DNA of 64,000 nucleotides from an uncultured bacterium (GTDB lineage Bacteria; Babelota; Babeliae; Babelales; Babelaceae): NCBI GenBank assembly GCA_963819815.1, contig CAWFXL010000001.1, positions 864,001 to 928,000 of the forward strand, read 5' to 3'. Shown piece by piece: positions 59,984 to 64,000 of this stretch (position 1 is its first letter; each line of letters starts with the position of its first letter). The notes under the pieces were generated by a model. It saw only the letters and a program-made list of their open reading frames with translations, ran no database searches and was not told where the DNA came from. The position numbers and the translations under genes were made by a program.

Positions 59984-61783
59984 CTATTTGCGCATAGATG
60001 CCCGTAGGACTTTCTTCCGAAGACGAATATGTAGAGGAGTTATCTCAATGAGCTCATCAGGCTGGATCCATTCCATGCAAGTTTCTAGATCCATAGCACG
60101 CGGTGGCTCAAGACGAATCGCATCGTCACTTCCTGATGCACGCATATTGGTTAGCTTCTTGCCTTTTGTCGGATTCACATCAAGATCGTTTGATCGACTA
60201 TGTTCACCAATTATCATACCTTCATATACCTTTTCACCGGGACCAACAAACAGGATACCACGTGGCTGTAAGGCATCAAGCGCGTACCCGGTCGTTGCAC
60301 CCGTTTCCATTGAAACCAAGGCACCCTTCGTGCGAGTGATTATATCACCTTTATAGGGCTGATAGCCATGGAAGCTAAAGGTTGCAATTCCCATACCACG
60401 CGTATCGGTTAAAAACTGGCTTCTAAATCCAAGGAGTCCACGTGAAGGTACTTCAAACTCTATTCGAACACGTTCACCATAGTGGACCATATTCTTCATC
60501 TCAGCTTTCTTTTTACCAAGATGCTCCATAACGATACCTTGCATATCGGTAGGAACATCAACTACCAGATATTCAATCGGCTCATACTTCGCACCATCAA
60601 TTTTCTTGTAGATGACCTCAGGAGCAGATACTTGCACCTCAAATCCTTCACGACGCATCGTCTCAAGGAGAATTCCTAAGTGTAACTGTCCTCTTCCTGA
60701 GACCTTAAATACATCAGCTGATTCAGTCGGTTCAACGCGAAGCGCTACGTTAGTTTTTAATTCTTTTTCAAGACGATCTTTTATTTGTCGGGAAGTAAGC
60801 AACTTACCATCCTGACCATTAAAGGGCGAGTCATTCACCGAAATATACATCGATAAAGTAGGTTCATCAACCGTTATATAGGGAAGTGGCTCAGGATGAT
60901 TAAGCTCACAGAGAGTCGTTCCAATCGTAAGTGGTTCAGTGAATCCCGTCAGGGCAATAATATCACCAAACTTAGCCTCATTCGCTTCTATTCGCTCGAG
61001 ACCCCTAAACATATAAATTTTTGTTATCTTGGTTGGCTTACTGACCAGGTCATCTTTACACGGAATAACCTGTTGCCCGACCTTAATTTCTCCGGAGAAC
61101 ACCCTGCCAATAGCTATAGGTCCAAGAAAATCAGAATGATCAAGACTAGTCGTTAAAAATTGCAGATGATCACTCTTAGATACTGGTGCAGGAATTGAGT
61201 TAATAATGGCATCGAAAAGTGGCTTCATCGTGATATCATGAGGACCTGTAGGACTTGTGCTTATAAAACCTTGCTTACCAGATCCATAGAGCATCGGAAA
61301 TACAAGCTGGTCTGAATGTTGTGCAAGATCTAGAAAGAGATCACTAATTAAGCCTTCAGTACGTTCAATATCAGCATCGGGGCGATCAATTTTATTGATA
61401 AGGACGATAGGACGCAAGTTCAGAGCAAGTGCTTTCATTAACACAAAACGCGTACCAGGCAAAACCCCTTCTGCTGCATCAACAAGAAGAAGAAACCCTT
61501 CAACCATTTGAAGCGTTCGTTCGACCTCTCCCCCAAAATCACTGTGACCAGGCGTATCCACGATATTAATCTCATACTCACCGTAAGTTACGCCGGTATT
61601 TTTAGCAAGAATCGTAATACCACGCTCTTTTTCAAGGGCATTACTGTCCATGACACGAGCACCCTGGGCAACGTCCAACGTTCCTGCAAAGCGCAACATT
61701 TTATCGACCAAGGTTGTTTTTCCATGGTCAACGTGAGCAATAATAGCTAAGTTTCGCACATTCGTGCGTTTTTCATTTTTCAT
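59984..61783 (-). CDS. typA: Translational GTPase TypA/BipA
   Basis: AIIAHVDHGKTTLVD, ERGITILAKN, DTPGHSDFGGEVER, GRGQLHL.IL.E.MRREG, KKLTNMRASG.D. Confidence 0.98.
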   Translation of the reverse strand: MKNEKRTNVRNLAIIAHVDHGKTTLVDKMLRFAGTLDVAQGARVMDSNALEKERGITILAKNTGVTYGEYEINIVDTPGHSDFGGEVERTLQMVEGFLLLVDAAEGVLPGTRFVLMKALALNLRPIVLINKIDRPDADIERTEGLISDLFLDLAQHSDQLVFPMLYGSGKQGFISTSPTGPHDITMKPLFDAIINSIPAPVSKSDHLQFLTTSLDHSDFLGPIAIGRVFSGEIKVGQQVIPCKDDLVSKPTKITKIYMFRGLERIEANEAKFGDIIALTGFTEPLTIGTTLCELNHPEPLPYITVDEPTLSMYISVNDSPFNGQDGKLLTSRQIKDRLEKELKTNVALRVEPTESADVFKVSGRGQLHLGILLETMRREGFEVQVSAPEVIYKKIDGAKYEPIEYLVVDVPTDMQGIVMEHLGKKKAEMKNMVHYGERVRIEFEVPSRGLLGFRSQFLTDTRGMGIATFSFHGYQPYKGDIITRTKGALVSMETGATTGYALDALQPRGILFVGPGEKVYEGMIIGEHSRSNDLDVNPTKGKKLTNMRASGSDDAIRLEPPRAMDLETCMEWIQPDELIEITPLHIRLRKKVLRASMRK

Positions 61784-62030
61784 ATCGCATATTGAATCTT
61801 AAAGGATTATAAAACAGTATTTAGAATATTCTCATTGTAACCAAATATTAGAGAAAAGTCTACTCCAGAAGGAGAAACTACAGAACTTTCATCCCATTTG
61901 CGCATAGCTTCTGAGAACCCTCACCTAGGAGCATGATTCTCGCCTCGGGGTTGATTGTCGACCAAAAATCATTCAAGGACGGTTTGAATTTTGGCCCTGA
62001 AAGGGCTCATGATCGGGTTAAAAGATCCTT

Positions 62031-63212
62031 TTATTGTAAGAAGTTTGAGCGAGGAAACTTCTCTTTAAATGCGCCTGTTGCTATTGATTGAAGGCCGTAC
62101 GCAGTAATTTTATCACTGAGAGGATAGATATCCTCTCCTGGGTATATGACCGCCAAATGATCAAGAGAAAGATCTTTAAGAGCATTATGCATAGATTTCG
62201 TTGTCTTCGGATTGTCTCCATATTTAAATTCAAAACCTAGACGTTTACCTCTTTTAACAAGAAGGAGGTCAAGCTCTCCATCTCCAGAAGTACCCCAGTA
62301 ATAGCACTCTTCGGGCGCCGCCTGAAAGGTTCGGATAATCTCTTCTAAAGCAAATCCTTCCCAAAAAGCACCAAGCCGGGGATCAAGAAGAAGCTGCTTC
62401 TTCTGTTCAATACCTATGAGAGCGTGCAGAAGCCCACTGTCTTTAAAATAGATTTTTGGAGTTTTGAGCTGTCGTTTACTGATATTCTCGTGCCAAGGAG
62501 TGAGAATGCGTATCATGTAGGTTCCCGAAAGAATATCAAGGTAGCGGCGTACCGTGTTATCTGAAAGTCCCAGAGAGTACCCTATGGCACTTGCATTGAA
62601 TGTTTGCCCATGATAGAAGGCAAGCATGTTCCAAAAACGGCGTAACTGCGCTGGTGGAATTGAAAATCCTAGATTGGGTATATCTTGCTCCAAAAACGTT
62701 CTCAAATAATCTTCACGCCAACGGAAGCTTTGGTCGTCATTGTCAGCGAGATAGGAACGAGGAAATCCACCTCGAACCCAGAGCTTTGAAATATCAGGCA
62801 CTTCCCATAAAGAAAGGGGATAGAGCTCAATTGAACCTATTCTTCCTGTTAATGCCTCAGAAGATTTTTTGAGCATGGTAGGAGAGGCGCTCCCTAAAAT
62901 CAAAAATGATCGCTTCTTTTCTTGCTCATCGGCAAGTACTCGTAATGCTTGAAATAGTTCAGGCTTTCTCTGAATTTCATCGATAACAATGAGCTTTTCG
63001 GTAGTTTCCGAAATAGTAATGAAAGGATCTTGAAGCCGCTGTTCATCACGGGGCCTCTCTAAATCAAAAAAAACAGCGTCTCCCTTAAAGTATCTCTCTG
63101 CGTATTGTTTTGCTAGCGTGGTTTTTCCCACCTGACGAGGCCCAACAAGCCCGCAGATGGGGTGTATGGTTAACTGGTCATGAATAAGGTCCAAAAATCT
63201 TTGACGGATCAT
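62031..63212 (-). CDS. AAA_14 + DUF4143 ATP-binding protein
   Basis: GPRQVGKTT, IDEIQ, ILGSAS, L.GR, RGGFP, PKIYF.DSG, PD-(D/E)xK-like ELDLL...FEFK. Confidence 0.9.
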   Translation of the reverse strand: MIRQRFLDLIHDQLTIHPICGLVGPRQVGKTTLAKQYAERYFKGDAVFFDLERPRDEQRLQDPFITISETTEKLIVIDEIQRKPELFQALRVLADEQEKKRSFLILGSASPTMLKKSSEALTGRIGSIELYPLSLWEVPDISKLWVRGGFPRSYLADNDDQSFRWREDYLRTFLEQDIPNLGFSIPPAQLRRFWNMLAFYHGQTFNASAIGYSLGLSDNTVRRYLDILSGTYMIRILTPWHENISKRQLKTPKIYFKDSGLLHALIGIEQKKQLLLDPRLGAFWEGFALEEIIRTFQAAPEECYYWGTSGDGELDLLLVKRGKRLGFEFKYGDNPKTTKSMHNALKDLSLDHLAVIYPGEDIYPLSDKITAYGLQSIATGAFKEKFPRSNFLQ

Positions 63213-63336
63213 ACTTTTTCCTTGCAAATTCGAAGCTTGATGTCGAATTTACAAGGAAAAAGTGAAAATGTCCAGATATTTTGATCAATATTCTCTGTAA
63301 ATTCGAAGCTCGATGTCGAATTTGCATAGAATATTG
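63213..63336. promoter_or_regulatory. Twin 51-bp operator-like palindromes
   Basis: 63213-63263 and 63286-63336, each 21-9-21 with shared core TGYAAATTCGA-N9-TCGAATTTRCA. Confidence 0.75.
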
Positions 63337-63473
63337 GGGGTGTGACTGAGTTAGTCTTCATTTTTTATGTTGTTTTGAGACAACCTTGCGCGAAGTGCAG
63401 ACACACTTTACACTTGGTTGCACTATTTGTTAAATAAAGCTACACTTGGAGGAAAATATGGGAGTTGAATTAC

Positions 63474-64000
63474 ATGATACAGAGAGATTTTTGGATTAAT
63501 AAGATAGAAGAGGCCTGGGAAAGACGATCTATCGTTTGGTTGGGAGGAGTGCGAAGGGTTGGGAAGACTTCCTTATGCAAGAGTCTTGATAATGTAGAAT
63601 ATTATAACTGTGAGAGTTCCAGGGTAGAAGAGCTTGTTGCCAACCCCGAGGAATTTTACAGGGATAAACAAGGCAAGCGTATTGTACTTGACGAAGTGCA
63701 GGTTTTAAAAGACCCATCCAGACTGCTTAAAATTGGTGCGGATGAGTTTCCTACCACGAAAATTATTGCTACAGGTTCTTCTACTCTTGGTATTTCAAAA
63801 AAATTTAGTGATACATTAACAGGCAGAAAGACCGATCTGCACCTTACTCCAATCCTCTATCAAGAAAGACAACTATTTGGTAATGATTCTATTGATCATA
63901 GATTTCTTTTTGGTGGATTGCCTCCATTTTTTCTTAATACTGAGGCTTATCCACCACAAGGGGATTTCGCAGAGTGGCTTTCTTCGTATTTCGCAAGGGA
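63474..64000 (+). CDS. AAA_14-family ATP-binding protein, 3' truncated by the window edge (not in the ORF track)
   Basis: MIQRDFWINKIEEAW..., GVRRVGKT, VLDEVQ, ATGSS, DTLTGRK, FGGLP; open to window end. Confidence 0.88.
   Translation, partial: MIQRDFWINKIEEAWERRSIVWLGGVRRVGKTSLCKSLDNVEYYNCESSRVEELVANPEEFYRDKQGKRIVLDEVQVLKDPSRLLKIGADEFPTTKIIATGSSTLGISKKFSDTLTGRKTDLHLTPILYQERQLFGNDSIDHRFLFGGLPPFFLNTEAYPPQGDFAEWLSSYFAR

Noticed and set aside
63458..63499. 13-codon ORF with a GGAGG RBS overlapping the start of the last ATPase gene
   Set aside because: It could be a leader peptide or a frameshifted start, but nothing distinguishes it from chance

Overview
This is bacterial genomic DNA of roughly 40% GC (visual estimate). 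It reads like an intracellular parasite of protists, most likely Ca. Dependentiae/Babelota (TM6); this is an inference from ankyrin proteins, many signal-peptide-bearing orphans and the style of its AAA proteins. Housekeeping genes include mnmG-lgt-dnaG-rpoD, tkt, glk-pgi, hppA, murE, thrS, ruvX, tsaB, rsmE, gpmI, truA and typA. They are interspersed with a large exported, probably host-directed, repertoire. (1) A signal-peptide and C-terminal-TM protein carries 3-4 WH2-like actin-binding motifs plus poly-Pro and an acidic patch. It sits next to a similarly anchored protein with a Josephin-like Q-x4-C/HW/LNS protease triad. (2) A family of eukaryote-style single-pass 'receptor mimics' has an S/T-rich stalk, a TM helix and a tail with ITIM-like YxxL/I motifs; there are intact, frameshifted and remnant copies, plus an ankyrin protein with about 10 Tyr motifs. 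(3) Five paralogous Cys-rich secreted beta-helix proteins each have a conserved promoter/5'-UTR hairpin and a long 3' palindrome. (4) A histone-H1-like gene is flanked by five exported thioredoxin-fold genes. (5) Several apparent pseudo-enzymes are present (multicopper oxidase, ATAD3-like AAA, ComEC-like). (6) Two divergent AAA_14/DUF4143-type ATPases are separated by twin operator-like palindromes. I recognised no rRNA, tRNA, CRISPR array or transposase. All domain calls come from reading motifs by eye, not from database searches.
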